Under the pieces are notes generated by a model. The model saw only the letters and a program-made list of their open reading frames with translations. It was not told the origin of the DNA and did no database searches. From Octopus sinensis (Eukaryota), in contig NC_043002.1 of the NCBI RefSeq assembly GCF_006345805.1, forward strand, positions 19,034,001 to 19,098,000: 64,000 nucleotides of DNA, read 5' to 3'. Position 1 is the first letter of the stretch; each line of letters starts with the position of its first letter. The position numbers and the translations under genes are program-made. Shown here in pieces: positions 23,174-35,715 of the stretch.

Positions 23174-26100
23174 CTTCTTCACTACTTCAGGGAGTGACGA
23201 CCCTGCCTGACACGAGTTCCGGGCTCAGCTGGCTCCGGCTGACAGTACCCGGTACGGGCCCCTATCCAGGGTTACGGAAAGGAGACAACCTTCAAAGAAA
23301 TCCGGAGTGGAGCCCCGAAGACGGTCTAGTGTTCGACTCGACACTCTTCCGGCAGCTCCTGCAACCAAGCTGGTGCCAAACGTAATGCACTGCACTCCAC
23401 TGGACTACATCAGCAAAGTCGAGAGAGGAAACCTGACGATTGGGCTACCCAGGACTTTCTTATCTATATCCCAGGCCTGCGCAAAACTGGAGAGGACACT
23501 TCAGTGCTGCTGTAAAAAGCTGCAGAAACAACACGGGAGGTAACAGTCACGAGTGATAAGTCCATTCAGATTGGCGTAAAATATGGGCGCTACTGGTTAC
23601 CTCTGACGGTGGGAGGGACCTCCGTGTCCTATTGGTTAGCTACTGCCCACCTCAAGCTGGGCAGCCCCCAGTTAATAAGGTGCTGACCCGCCACAGGTCG
23701 CCTGCTCCATTGGGTGCTTGGAGCTAAGAGTATGACTCGAAAAGCGGCCTGCAACCTCTGCACCAGGCAAGCAACTAAAAGTCAAGAAAACACCAGTTCT
23801 GCGGTTGGCAAGCTGGAATGTCAGGACCATGTGTCTTGGAATATCTGATGATCTTCTCAGGATTGAAGACACAAGGAAAACGGCCATCATTGACCGTGAA
23901 CTAAAGAGGCTCAACATAGATATTGCTGGGCTGCAGGAGACAAGACTTCCCTCAAACGGCAAACTCAAAGAACAGGATTTCACCTTCTTTTGGCAGGGAA
24001 GCGATCCAGAAGAACCTCGTCAACATGGCGTTGGCTTTGCAGTGAGAAACTCACTACTCTCCTCAATAGAACCACCATTAGGAGGCACTGAGCGTATCCT
24101 CCCACTGCGCTTCTCGACTTCTTCTGGCTCAGTACATCTACTTAGTATCTATGCTCCTACTCTCTACAGCTCAGAGGAGACCAAGGACCAGTTCTACAAA
24201 GATCTCAACTGTGTCATAGAAAATATACCAACGACTGAAAATATCTACCTTCTAGGGGATTTTAACGCTCGCGTGGGATCTGACCATGATTCGTGGCCCA
24301 TTTGTGTTGGACACTTTGGTATTGGCAACATGAATGACAATGGTCAGAGACTACTCGAATTCTGTACATACCACAACCTGTGCATCACAAACACATTCTT
24401 TACCAACAAACCATCCCACAAGGCATCCTGGAGACATCCAAGATCTCACCACTGGCATCAGCTGGATCTCATCATTACACGGAGATACTTTCTGAATTCT
24501 ACTCTATTGACCCGCAGTTACCACAGCGCGGATTGTGACACAGACCACTCACTAATTAGAAGTAGGGTGAGGATTCTGCCTAAAAAAGTCCATCGCTCCA
24601 AGAAAGTGGGCCGACCACGCATCAACACCGCCAGAACCTCTGACCCTACACTGCGAAAATGTTTTGCTGCTTCTATCAAGGTTGCCCTCAGTAGCTGCCC
24701 AACCTCCTCTGCTGAAAGTAGGTGGGACTATATCAGGGAAGCCTTGTATACGACATCAATAGATACTTTCGGCATGAGAGAAAGGCAAAACCCAGATTGG
24801 TTCAATGCTGGGCTCTCAGAGCTGGAGCCAGTTATCGAAGCAAAGCGTGCAGCTCTGATGCAATACAAGAGTGTCTCTTCTACAAAGTCACTCGAAGAAC
24901 TCAGAAAGGCACGAAATAAAACCAACTGACAGCCAGACGCTGTGCAAATAGGTATTGGCAGGAAATCTGTCAGAGTATCCAGTCAGCTGCTGACAAGGGC
25001 GACACCCGTGGGATGTATGCCGGTTTGAAGAAGGCCCTCGGTCCATCCGCAACCAAGTCAGCCCCTCTGAAATCAACTACTGGAGATCTCATCAGGGATC
25101 AAGGCAAACAAATGGATAGATGGGTGGAGCACTACCAGGATCTCTACTCACGGGAGACTACAGTGGCTGAGGCTGCAGTTGAGAGTGTCAAGATCTTGCC
25201 AGTCATGTGCGAACTTGACAGTCCGCCATATATAGCAGAGTTCACCAAGGCTGTTGACTCCCTAGCAAGAAATAAGGCTCCGGGAAAAGACGGCATCCCC
25301 TCAGAGATCATCAAAGCCGGCAAAAACACCATCCTGCATCGGCACCTTCATGAGCTTCTGTGTCAGTGCTGGGAAGAGGGTACAGTCCCTCAGGATATGC
25401 GGGATGCTAACATCATTACGCTTTACAAAAACAAAGGTGACCGTGGTGATTGTAACAATTACCGTGAAATATCCCTTCTAAGCACTGTTGGAAAGACCTT
25501 TGCCCGCGTTACCCTGGTCAGGCTACAACTACTTGCTTCTCGAATCTATCCGGAATCGCAGTGTGGCTTTTGAAGAAGCAGATCAACTATCGATATGATA
25601 TTCTCCATACGCCAATTCAGGAGAAGTCCAGAGAGCAGAAAATGCCATTATATATGGCCTTCATTGATCTAACAAAGGGTTTTGACTCGGTAAGCAGAAC
25701 AGGCCTCTTCATCCTGCTCCAAAAAATCGGATGTCCACCAAAGCTGCTGAGGATCATCAAGTCTTTCCATGATGACATGCAAGGCACCATACAGCACAAC
25801 GGTTCAACATCAGCCGCCTTCCAAATAAAAAACGGGGTAAAGCAAGGTTGTGTCCATGCTCCTACATTGTTTGGCATCTTCTTCTCGCTCTTACTTTCAC
25901 ATGCCTTTCAGACATCAGATGATGGAGTGTTTCTGCACAGTAGAAGTGACGGGAAACTGCTTAATCTCTCGCGCCTGCGTGCCAAGACCAAAATCAGAAA
26001 CGTCCTGATCAAGGAGATGTTATTTGCCGATGATGCCGCTCTGGTAACACACACAGAAGAAGCCCTCCAAAGGCTCATTAACTGTTTTGAGCAAGCATGT

Positions 26101-27037
26101 AACGACTTTGGCTTAGCTATCAGCCTTAAGAAGACCAACATCATGGGCCAAGCTACATCGGACATCCCAAACATACATATTGGAGACCACAGATTACAAG
26201 AGGTGGAGAAGTTTACCTATCTGGGCTCTACCGTCACCTACAACCTATCCCTTGACGCTGAGCTCAATATACGCATTGGCAAGGCAGCTGCTGCGATGGC
26301 CCAACTCTCCAAACGGGCTTGGGACAACAATAAGCTGACCAAGACCACGAAAATGAAAATCTACCAGGCATGTGTACTCAGCACTCTACTGTATGGAAGT
26401 GAGACCTGGACGCTATACACACGCCAAGAGCGTCACCTAAACATCTTTCACCTGCGCTGCCTCCGAAAAATCCTCCGCATCAAATGGCAGAATCATATCC
26501 TCAACAAAGATGTCCTCAGGCAAGCAGGAATACCAAGCATGTTTGCACTCCTCACACAATAACGTATGAGATGGCTTGGACATGTTAGCCGTATGAAAGA
26601 TGGCAGAATCCCCAAGGACATACTCTACGGAGAGCTTGCTAGGGGTACTAGGTCTGTGGGTAGACCGATCTTACGTTACAAGGATGTTTGCAAAAGGGAC
26701 ATGAAGGCCTGCAACATCAATATTAACGGTTGGGAGGCAGTTGCTGGCAACCGTGGAGAATGGCGACGGACCGTAAAAGAGGGAATACAAAGGAGTGACA
26801 GAGAGAGAGAGAGGAGAAATGGAAAGAAAAGAAGAGACGTCAACAAGAGACTATGGCATTACAACCAGCCAGGAACAGTCTTCGCTACATTTGCGGTACG
26901 TGCCAGAGGGAGTGTTTGCCCAGGATAGGACTACACAGCCACAGCAGGAAATGTATCAGGACATGAAATATAAAAGCCGGACTAGACTACTTTATGCGCA
27001 ACTCCATTGTCTCCCGAGACAGAAAGGATGCCAACCA
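23174..27037 (+). mobile_element. Full-length RTE-clade LINE, disrupted, between (TA)n tracts
   Basis: ~560-bp 5' UTR, single APE-RT-CCHC ORF, short 3' UTR ending CCATTGTCTCCCGAGACAGAAAGGATGCCA. Confidence 0.93.
23735..26966 (+). pseudogene. RTE ORF: APE endonuclease + reverse transcriptase + C-terminal Zn finger
   Basis: SWNVRTM, LQETR, GDFNARVG, DTDH (APE); KAPGKDG, FIDLTKGFDSV, GVKQGC, LFADD (RT); CGTCQRECLPRIGLHSHSRKC; frameshifts near 24922, 25616, 26810 and stops at 25571-25573, 26560-26562. Confidence 0.92.
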
Positions 27038-27112
27038 TGTATATATATATGTATGTATATATATTATATATATATATATATACAAAATAAGAAAATGGAG
27101 AAATATATCTAA

Positions 27113-27215
<103 letters not shown>

Positions 27216-27266
27216 GTAAGTATGTATGTATGTATGTATGTATATATATATGTATGTATATATATG

Positions 27267-27336
<70 letters not shown>

Positions 27337-27419
27337 ATATAATATATATATATATATGTACTTGGAAATGGATGCGTGGCGTTCAATCAAATAATATATA
27401 TATGTATATATATATATAG

Positions 27420-27830
27420 TTAATCCAAACAAGAAAACACAAAAAACAAAAAAAAACAAGAACGCGAGGACGTGGAACAAATAAAGTATTATTGGACGCT
27501 CAGGAAAGAAGGGAAGAAGGAGGGTTTAACGTTTCGAGCGGAGCTCTTCGTCGGAAACATAGGAGAAGGAAAGATCCCGAGAAGGGAAGACAGAGGAAAA
27601 AAATCGCCAGCGGTACTCACGAGGTCACATATTGAAAGACATATATATATATATACACACACATACATATATATATATGCACACATATATATATGCATAT
27701 ATGGGTACAGGACGTCACCAAAAGCGAACAACATGAAATACGAAAACAAATAAGTTAAATACGCAAACAACGTGAGAAAAAAAGACAGGATAAGTAATAC
27801 AAAGAACGACCCTTCATCAGGTGTCAAAGT
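27420..27830 (-). mobile_element. Family F hammerhead-bearing composite retroposon (two modules split by a microsatellite)
   Basis: Module 27420-27630 recurs at 41030-41230 and 44260-44460; module 27700-27830 recurs at 50345-50465. Confidence 0.7.
27524..27558 (-). ncRNA. Hammerhead-like motif, U4C core variant
   Basis: GTTT-CCGACGA-A-GAGC(TCC)GCTC-GAAA-CGTT^AAAC. Confidence 0.55.
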
Positions 27831-27876
27831 GGTCGTAGAGCAAGAACGCAACTAACAATTGGCCACGCGCCCTCAT

Positions 27877-27878
<2 letters not shown>

Positions 27879-27953
<75 letters not shown>

Positions 27954-27990
27954 ATATCTATCTATCTATCTATCTATCTAGCTATCTAAC
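27879..27990. repeat. (TCTA)n microsatellite
   Basis: Direct reading. Confidence 0.95.
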
Positions 27991-28384
27991 TATATATCTA
28001 CCTCTATACACACCCACTCACTCACTCACTTTCTCTCTCTCTCTCACACACACACACACGCACACACGCACACAGAAAGCATACAACAGTTTACTTACCC
28101 AAATTTTTGTCTACACGAATCCGCGCAATAGTCTTCTTCGTAATGGTGCAGGTGAATGTTACACAATTATTCTTGAAAATACCAGGCAGTTTAGCACCAT
28201 CTGCCAAGCAATTTCCTTTGTTATCTTTACAAACTGAAAACACGAACGAAAATTAATCGTTATGACCTGCTGAGATATACACTTCCAAAAATGGATTGCG
28301 ATCTCTTCACACGCGCGCGCGCGCGCACACGGATGCATATACATGCTCGTGTAAATATGTATATATATTATATTATCTTGATTT

Positions 28385-28590
28385 ATAATTTTGGCACAAA
28401 GCCAGTATTTTCCAGGGACGGGGTAAGTCGATTACTTCAACCCCAGAGCACAAGTGGTACTTATTTTATCGGTCCCAAGAGGATAGAAGGTAAAGTCGAC
28501 CGCGGTAGAATTTGATGTCAGAATGTCAAGAGAGACAAAATGGTATTAAACATTTTGCCCGATGCAGTAACGATTCTAACAATTTGCTGC
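28385..28590 (-). mobile_element. SINE family A, old diverged copy
   Basis: AAGTCGATTAC...GGTACTTATTTTATCGG...AAGGTAAAGTCGACC. Confidence 0.6.
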
Positions 28591-28628
28591 CTTAGATATT
28601 ATATAACATACATACACCCCCAACACAA

Positions 28629-28711
<83 letters not shown>

Positions 28712-28712
28712 T

Positions 28713-28746
<34 letters not shown>

Positions 28747-28888
28747 AAAGAAATGAAGAAAATGCTGACAAAATAATTTAAGTAATTTAATTAGGTGAAA
28801 GTTCTTTTTACCGGATGCGCATTTGTTATGCTTATCAAAAGATATATTTTAAAGAGAGATAGAGTTCTTTTCTGATAGATTTTTTCCT

Positions 28889-28945
<57 letters not shown>

Positions 28946-29089
28946 TATAAACCATAAGGACGCACTTTTACGTCTATATAACTATTCAACCCTGAATATT
29001 TGCTGGTGATTATGTGTGTGTGTGTATGCATGTATGTATGTATATACGCAAACAAACAGGCATATATTTATGAATATATATATATATAA

Positions 29090-30110
29090 CGGATAAATTT
29101 ATGTAAGAAGTACATCACTTCTTTAAAAACTAAGGCTTCTCTATTACAGCAGAAACATATAAAATCAGTCAAGTTCGTAAATATTACTCTCTACAAAAAG
29201 ACAACAAAAAATTCAGTACATGCACAGGCAATTCAACAACCCTAAAAGCGTTGTGAAAAATTTAGTAATGAACATATCTCCAAGGCTTCCTTCTTTATCT
29301 TCAAATGAAAAGATACTAAATGAAATAGCAATTCCATATAACGAAAATCTCAGTAACAGCGGTTACAAGGAAAAGTGCAATCTATAAACAATAAACTTCT
29401 CTCAATAAATTTTAAAAAATCAAGAATAGAAAAAGGAAATCATCTGGTTTAATCACCCCTTCAACACACAAGTTTGCACACTAATAGCTAAATTATTTCA
29501 AAATATTGAAAAAGCATTTCCATTCCAACCACAAATACTACAAACTAATAAACAAACACAACGTAAAATTGTCTTATTCCACTACCAACAATTTGAAAAA
29601 GAAAAACAAGTCTGTATCCAATTGCAAGCATCGAAAATTGTCTAAAAGTGAAAGCCTAAACTGCACATAATAACAATTTCAATTTTAGAACACTTCACCC
29701 TGCCCTCTTGAAAGAAATTATCTCTCAAGTATTATTGTCTATAGCACAACGGTAACCACGAACACGTAACCAACTACTATATCTACATACAGGAACTACA
29801 GCAAACCAGTTCAAGACATGATGCAATCAATACACGCACACTTTTCATATCCCAAACAAGAAAATGATACATCACTATCTAAACTTATATGGTAATTAAA
29901 ATTGAAAAATACTCCGTTTAGAATTAGTTGGAAAATACTCTCACGAGTAAAACCATATCAAGGTAACAACAAACTTTGCCAACTTTATTCTGATGAATCC
30001 TATCATATTCTCACATTCAAGAATCAAATTCTGGACTGAAACTCTGAACTAGTCTCTTCATGGAAGCAAAAAATCTTAAAAATACAAAAACATTTCAAAC
30101 CAACAGTTTT
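29090..30110 (+). pseudogene. Penelope-like element remnant (RT thumb + GIY-YIG endonuclease)
   Basis: Degenerate IWFNHPF, NVKLSYS, CPL...IVYSTTV, GTTANQFKT, SLSKLIW, ISWKIL, CQL motifs; many stops and frameshifts. Confidence 0.75.
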
Positions 30111-31419
30111 TTTCTAACGGCTAAAAATCATATACCACAACCTTCCCCCTTTTCACCATTCCAATAAACTATCCCTATATTATACATAAAACTATTTTAT
30201 AGCTTTACACTAAACAAGCACTTAGAAATTATCTAAAACTTCCTAAATCTCCAACCAAAATCTCCCAAAATATTTTCCAACATAAATGCACAAACCTACA
30301 TACACTCACATAAATGTATATTTATATGCGAGCAAGTAAGAAGGCTCTTTTAATTTTTATCCCCCTTTTTAAAATTAAATTTTAAAAATTCTCTTAAATA
30401 TCTAAATTAATTTTTAAAATTAAAATTTAGTTTTATTCCTATTTTTACACATGATTACATACACATTTGCATATATACATCGACATGATATAATATATCA
30501 TAAAATACCTACATCTTAAACAGATTTGAAGAAATATTTATAAACTCACAACCAACAAAAACTGCTTCCATAAAATACAAAGGTTTAAAACTTCTACATT
30601 TTAATCGAGTCGCTTATAGAGGGAAATGTACAGAACAATAACCTTCATGCCTACCCACGTCCTTTTGTGAACATCAAAGCACAAGATAAACAAATTTCTA
30701 GAGTAACAACATGCTCCATAACATGCTCTACTAGTAACCTCCACCTTCCAAATACAAACAGAAAATACTCCAAATAACTCACTGACTATCTAAAACACAT
30801 CACCTACTTACACTCCTTTGTGAGCCCTCAAAAATTCCATTACAAAAAAAGCTGACACATTCAGTTTGTAAGAATTAGCACTTCCTTCTCTAAGCCTAGA
30901 CTCGAAATCGAATCCAAGAATCCTCGGTCGCCCAAACCACGGCAATCAAAGGCGCGGAAACAAGAATTGCTTTGTTCTGTCAAAAAGTGATTGATCATCT
31001 CCCTTTGACCTGCAACCTCAGCCATGTCAGGCTAAGTTCAACTGGACAAGTGCTGACCTAAATAGGTACTGTCTCTGCTGCACTATGTCTGTTTTTCTAG
31101 CCGTCACAAATATTATAAATACAAGGGTGAAACAGAGAAGCGAATAATCGCAGCGGAGACGGGAGCAGACAGATGAGATAGATCTATCTACGACCCAAGT
31201 TTTTGGCAGACGACAGAGACAGAGAGAAATGCTCCAAGTGCCTATCGACTACTATTTCGAATGAAACACGCACGCACACACACACACAAACACATTCATT
31301 TCTAATATGTGCTCTATTCAAGCAACTCGTTGCAGTTGCCTACATTTGTATTTAGTGTACCTATAACCCTGTAAATAAATTCCTTTCAATCAAGAAACGG
31401 TTTATGTTGTAGTGACGCT

Positions 31420-31750
31420 ATACAGCGGCGCGCGCGTGCGCCGTCCATTCCTGTTTCGCGCGTGCGGAGTTTTTGCCTTCACCAAGGCAGAGAGAGGAAG
31501 GGCCCTCTCTGCGCATGCGCGAAGCACCGGAAGAAGGACCCTTTTGCCTACGTGGCAGTTAGCCGAGGCAAGGGGATCGTAGGACGTTGACCACTAGCGT
31601 CCAGCAGCAGTCAGTGACTTGAGACAAAGCGACCGAAGGCAACGGACGTATATTTTCTCGCTGTCCGAATTTGATAGCAGTCGGCCGAAGGCTTTAACCA
31701 AATTGTTGCAGACAACATCATCTTCCTCTTTCCGGACGCCATCTTTGACC
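31420..31750. promoter_or_regulatory. CpG-rich promoter-like island
   Basis: TGCGCATGCGCG (NRF1-type) 31510-31521, ACCGGAAG (ETS-type) 31526-31533, CGCCATCTTT (YY1-type) 31737-31746; local GC/CpG peak in an AT-rich window. Confidence 0.6.
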
Positions 31751-32202
31751 AGTGTCGTTAGCATTTGAACACTGTAGATTCTACAGCGATATAGTTCAGC
31801 TCTGACACATCTATACCAAAGGGATACCCAGATATACCACTTATTTGTTACTGTCATAAGAGAATAAAGTAGATATATATTATTTACGTCTGCGTCTTGT
31901 TGCTTCTGACTGGTAGAATTCTGGATTATTAAAGCAACGGAAAGTGATTGCTTCTCGCACCCCCAAAAGGTCCAGAGAAGATATTCACACAGTTCGTTAC
32001 AATGTATTTGTTTACATACACACATATCCACTACAAGTTACTAAGTTTTTAAATGCTAGTATTTCTATGACAACATTTGCATCGAAGGCGTAACAGTTGA
32101 GGCAAAGCATATAATTGAAAACTGAAGGAGGTCAATTGCTTGATGTGAGATTAAGGGAGATGGGTACGTTTAAGCGTGCGTTTGCGTGTGTGTGTAAGAG
32201 GG

Positions 32203-32233
<31 letters not shown>

Positions 32234-32489
32234 GAGAGAGAGCGTGTAGGAGAAAGAGAAAGAGGGAGGGAGCGTAAAATCACGACATCAAGGAAGTCAA
32301 CTGCAGTTTAGAAGCTAAGATTATTTTAAGATCAAAAGTACTAAATGCACGAACGTACAGATGATGTCTCTCCTTAATTTGTTTGAAACATGACCATTCG
32401 TAAATTTTTAATTGTCAACCCATTGTCTCTCTAAAGGTCCTTAGTACGTTACAGATATATCGCACACACCCACACTCAAATTTACTTTG

Positions 32490-33359
32490 ACAACTAGTTT
32501 CCATTCATTAGGCGACAATTTTTCACCTACTTTTCTACGAACGTACCTTTTCCCATCTGAGCCAAATAACATAAACTTAGATTCATCACTGAAATGCACC
32601 GTTTGCCATTTTTCTTGAGACCACAACACATGTTTGGTTGCAAAGGTAAGACGACACTTTTTATTCTGCAGGTGCTCTTTCTTGTAGGTCATGTTCAACT
32701 AAACGACGAGACACAGTTTTTCGAGATAAAGTTTTCTTCAATACAATGCTCATTTTCCGAGAAACAGCAGCAGCAGTTTTAAATCTGTCCTTATTAACCA
32801 ACTTTACCAAAGCACGATCTTCTCTCTTGGTCGTTTTTCTTGGCCTACCTGTAAACTTTCTTGCTTCACACAAACCACAATCATCGTAGACCTTAAGAAT
32901 ACCGTGTACAACACTTTTCGACTTGTTAACAATCTTTGCAATAGATCCAATACTTAAATTATCCTTCCTTCGAAGCTTAATAATCTGCTGACGAATTGGT
33001 AACGGAGTAAGTGGCATTATATTAACAAAGTACACTGCAAATATTATTACTAATGTTTAGTAAACGAACCGTCACATAAACAAATTCAAAACATTAGAGT
33101 TCGCCGGTTAAATATACTAAAACACGGAGTAGAAGCAATCGTTCTGATCATTTTGGCCGCCATGGGTTTTGCAGTAAATCCCTAAATCATCCATAACTTT
33201 TGTATTATCCTCTCAAATTACACCAAAATCTCAGGCAATAACAAATAATATCGTATTTATTGTCTGTGAAAATTATAGAATATAAAACAACTTTGATAAA
33301 AAATTATATCTACTTTTCTGACGAAAACAATGCCGTTCTGAACATTTTGGCCGCCACTG
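32490..33359 (-). mobile_element. Tc1-family transposon, 5' half
   Basis: TA|CAGTGGCGGCCAAAATG end; inner direct repeat at ~33140-33165; MPLTPLP...GRPRKTT HTH, frameshift, then WQTVHFSDESKF (first catalytic D); truncated near 32490. Confidence 0.88.
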
Positions 33360-33364
33360 TATAT

Positions 33365-33434
<70 letters not shown>

Positions 33435-33624
33435 TTAAGTAGGTGAATGAATTATCTTAGCATGGAAAATTCGGTTAACCGATACCTGGGTAGCAAATTC
33501 GCGTCAGAAAACACGGTTGAAGCGACCTGTTAATTGTAGAAACTCCGGGTTCTTGTGTGGAAATTTGTGTGTTTTTTATATGAATAAATGAAAGAATGGA
33601 GTCGAACGAAGATTTTAACAAAAT

Positions 33625-33721
33625 TCCTTTACTCTCGACACATGTTTCGAAGACGGCATACTTTTAATTCCGAAGGAATAAATGGTGCATTATGCCATCT
33701 TCTCATCAGGAAAGATAAGGA
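33625..33721 (-). ncRNA. Type I hammerhead ribozyme, fully canonical core, GUC site
   Basis: TCCTTATCTTTC-CTGATGA-GAAGATGGCATA(30 nt)TATGCCGTCTTC-GAAA-C(ATGT)G-TC^GAGAGTAAAGGA. Confidence 0.88.
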
Positions 33722-34053
33722 GCCTCTTTCAGCCACAAGATGAACAAAAAATTTTGATGATTGCCTACATGGTGCCCACAGTGATAATGAGTTTTTAAAA
33801 AATAATCCGTTATAAGCAATGACGTAAAAAATGGGTAGAAGGAGGAAGAATTAAAAACAGTTAGGGGACAATATGTATGCTGCATGTATGGGGATGTGCG
33901 GTGTTAATGAGTGCGATTGTTTATGTTTGTGTATGAGTGTGTGTATATAACTGCATTTGTGTCTGTGTGTGTATGTGTGTGGGAGACAAATGTCAAATAT
34001 GCTTAGTAGTAAGGTGACAGGTTTGTGTCTGTGTGTTTGATTGTGTGTGTAAT

Positions 34054-34084
<31 letters not shown>

Positions 34085-34146
34085 GAGAGAAAAAAGGGAT
34101 AAACATACGTCAAAGATATTTAGTAGAAAAGAATTTGTGGTAATTG

Positions 34147-34238
34147 TACGCGGCTGAAGAAGGCTATTGACATACATGTTACATCAATTATGCATTGATA
34201 TAAATTGTCCAATAAAGCTAGAAACATATGTACCGCTA
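34147..34238 (+). ncRNA. Type I hammerhead ribozyme, canonical core, GUA site, extended stem II
   Basis: GCGG-CTGAAGA-AGGCTATTGACA...TGTCCAATAAAGCTA-GAAA-C(ATAT)G-TA^CCGC. Confidence 0.7.
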
Positions 34239-34343
34239 AATCCTTTGCATCTTGTTTTTCTTTTGATAAATATACCCTATCACCTACACCACTAACTGGC
34301 ATATACAGGTGTTTACAGTTATCAAGTATTCACCCTGAATTTT

Positions 34344-34400
<57 letters not shown>

Positions 34401-34415
34401 ATAGATAGATATAAA

Positions 34416-34450
<35 letters not shown>

Positions 34451-35550
34451 TTATATATATATATATCATACATATGTGCGTATATATGAATGTAATAAAA
34501 ACAGACGAATGAGTTGCTCGGTATTGCTACAATTGTGTTGTTAGGAGTATTTATTGTGATGTAAGCACAGTACAGCCAGTTATATGCATAACACCCATAA
34601 GATTACGTAATATCTCACGAAACTCCTCAAGTTGCTAAATAAACAAGCATGTAATGACACGGTGATTAATCAACAGATCAACAACAATTTAAATTTCTAC
34701 TCAGAGTTACCAACATTTAAGAAATGTGAAGCGGATGTTGATCAACGAGAATGGATAACAAAGTGTAGCTGTAAAAGAAAGAACACTTAAAGTTATTTAT
34801 ATTCTGTCGATGTCATTCAACTTAGCAACTTCCTTCATCAAGGTTTGTAGTAGCAGAACTTGTTTGTATACCGGCGAATATCAGGCACCAAGCGTGATAT
34901 TTGACTCAATCAAAACATGTTGAAAGAACAGCCACCGACCCAATTCATAAAAACTATTTACAGTGTTATATTGTTTCGAAGTTATCTACATTAAAAATTG
35001 ACATGGTTGATAAAATCCAGTGTTACTTATTCACTCAATTAACCTTGATAAAAGTACTTCGATAATTAATATTGAACTAATAGAATATTAGCTTTAATCA
35101 ATGGAGGATCAGTTAATTATAATTCAGGAAGAATGACTTAAAGAAAACCGTAGTTTAACGAAGTTGCCTTCTAAATTTAAGAGGAGTGGGAGGGAAAAGA
35201 AGAATATGGAGGAAAAAGAAAAGAAATAATAGAAAGGTAATACAATAAATTAAATAGAATGAGTGGTCAACACACTGACAGGACGGCGATATTGGCATAA
35301 ACGAATAATTATGCATCCTTGACTAATGAAAGTATTATGGGCAATAATCGGTGCTAACTTAAATATATGTCTATAAATCTACACAATTATGCATTGATAT
35401 AAATTGTCCAATAAAGCTAGAAACATATGTACCGCTAAATCCTTTGCATCTTGTTTTTCTTTTGATAAATATACCCTATCACCTACACTACTAACTGGCA
35501 TATACAGGTGCTTACAGTTATCAAGTATTCACCCTGAATTTTTTGTATAT
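34185..35550 (+). repeat. ~165-bp direct repeat (34185-34350 and 35384-35550), pLTR-like
   Basis: CAATTATGCATTGATATAAATTGTCC...CACCCTGAATTTTTG near-identical in both; second copy holds only the 3' half of the hammerhead. Confidence 0.85.
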
Positions 35551-35715
35551 ATATATAGATATCGAGATTTATATATATATATAGATAGATAGATATCGAG
35601 ATTTATAAACATCAGTTATTTAGCACCAAAGAAGTTAAGAGCTGTGACTGTGGTTGCTGGGAAAAACGTTAAATATTATTTGCAAAGGTCTCCTTCATCG
35701 AAAACCGGTGTTTAT

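Noticed and set aside
23174-23730. HDV-like ribozyme expected in some RTE 5' UTRs
   Set aside because: Hairpins exist (CAGGG/CCCTG, TGCCCA/TGGGCA), but I could not assemble the nested double pseudoknot with a proper L3 and J4/2; needs a descriptor search
23845-23885. CTGATGA followed by a TCTTC/GAAGA stem
   Set aside because: No GAAA core or stem III; lies within RTE coding sequence
27800-27826. CTGATGAAGGG on the minus strand (also CTGATGG at 50445-50455)
   Set aside because: Only the 5' half of a hammerhead core; no downstream GAAA or stem II partner
31594-32031. 145-aa minus-strand ORF over the promoter-like island
   Set aside because: No recognisable domain, alternative start codon and an AT-rich low-information N-terminus
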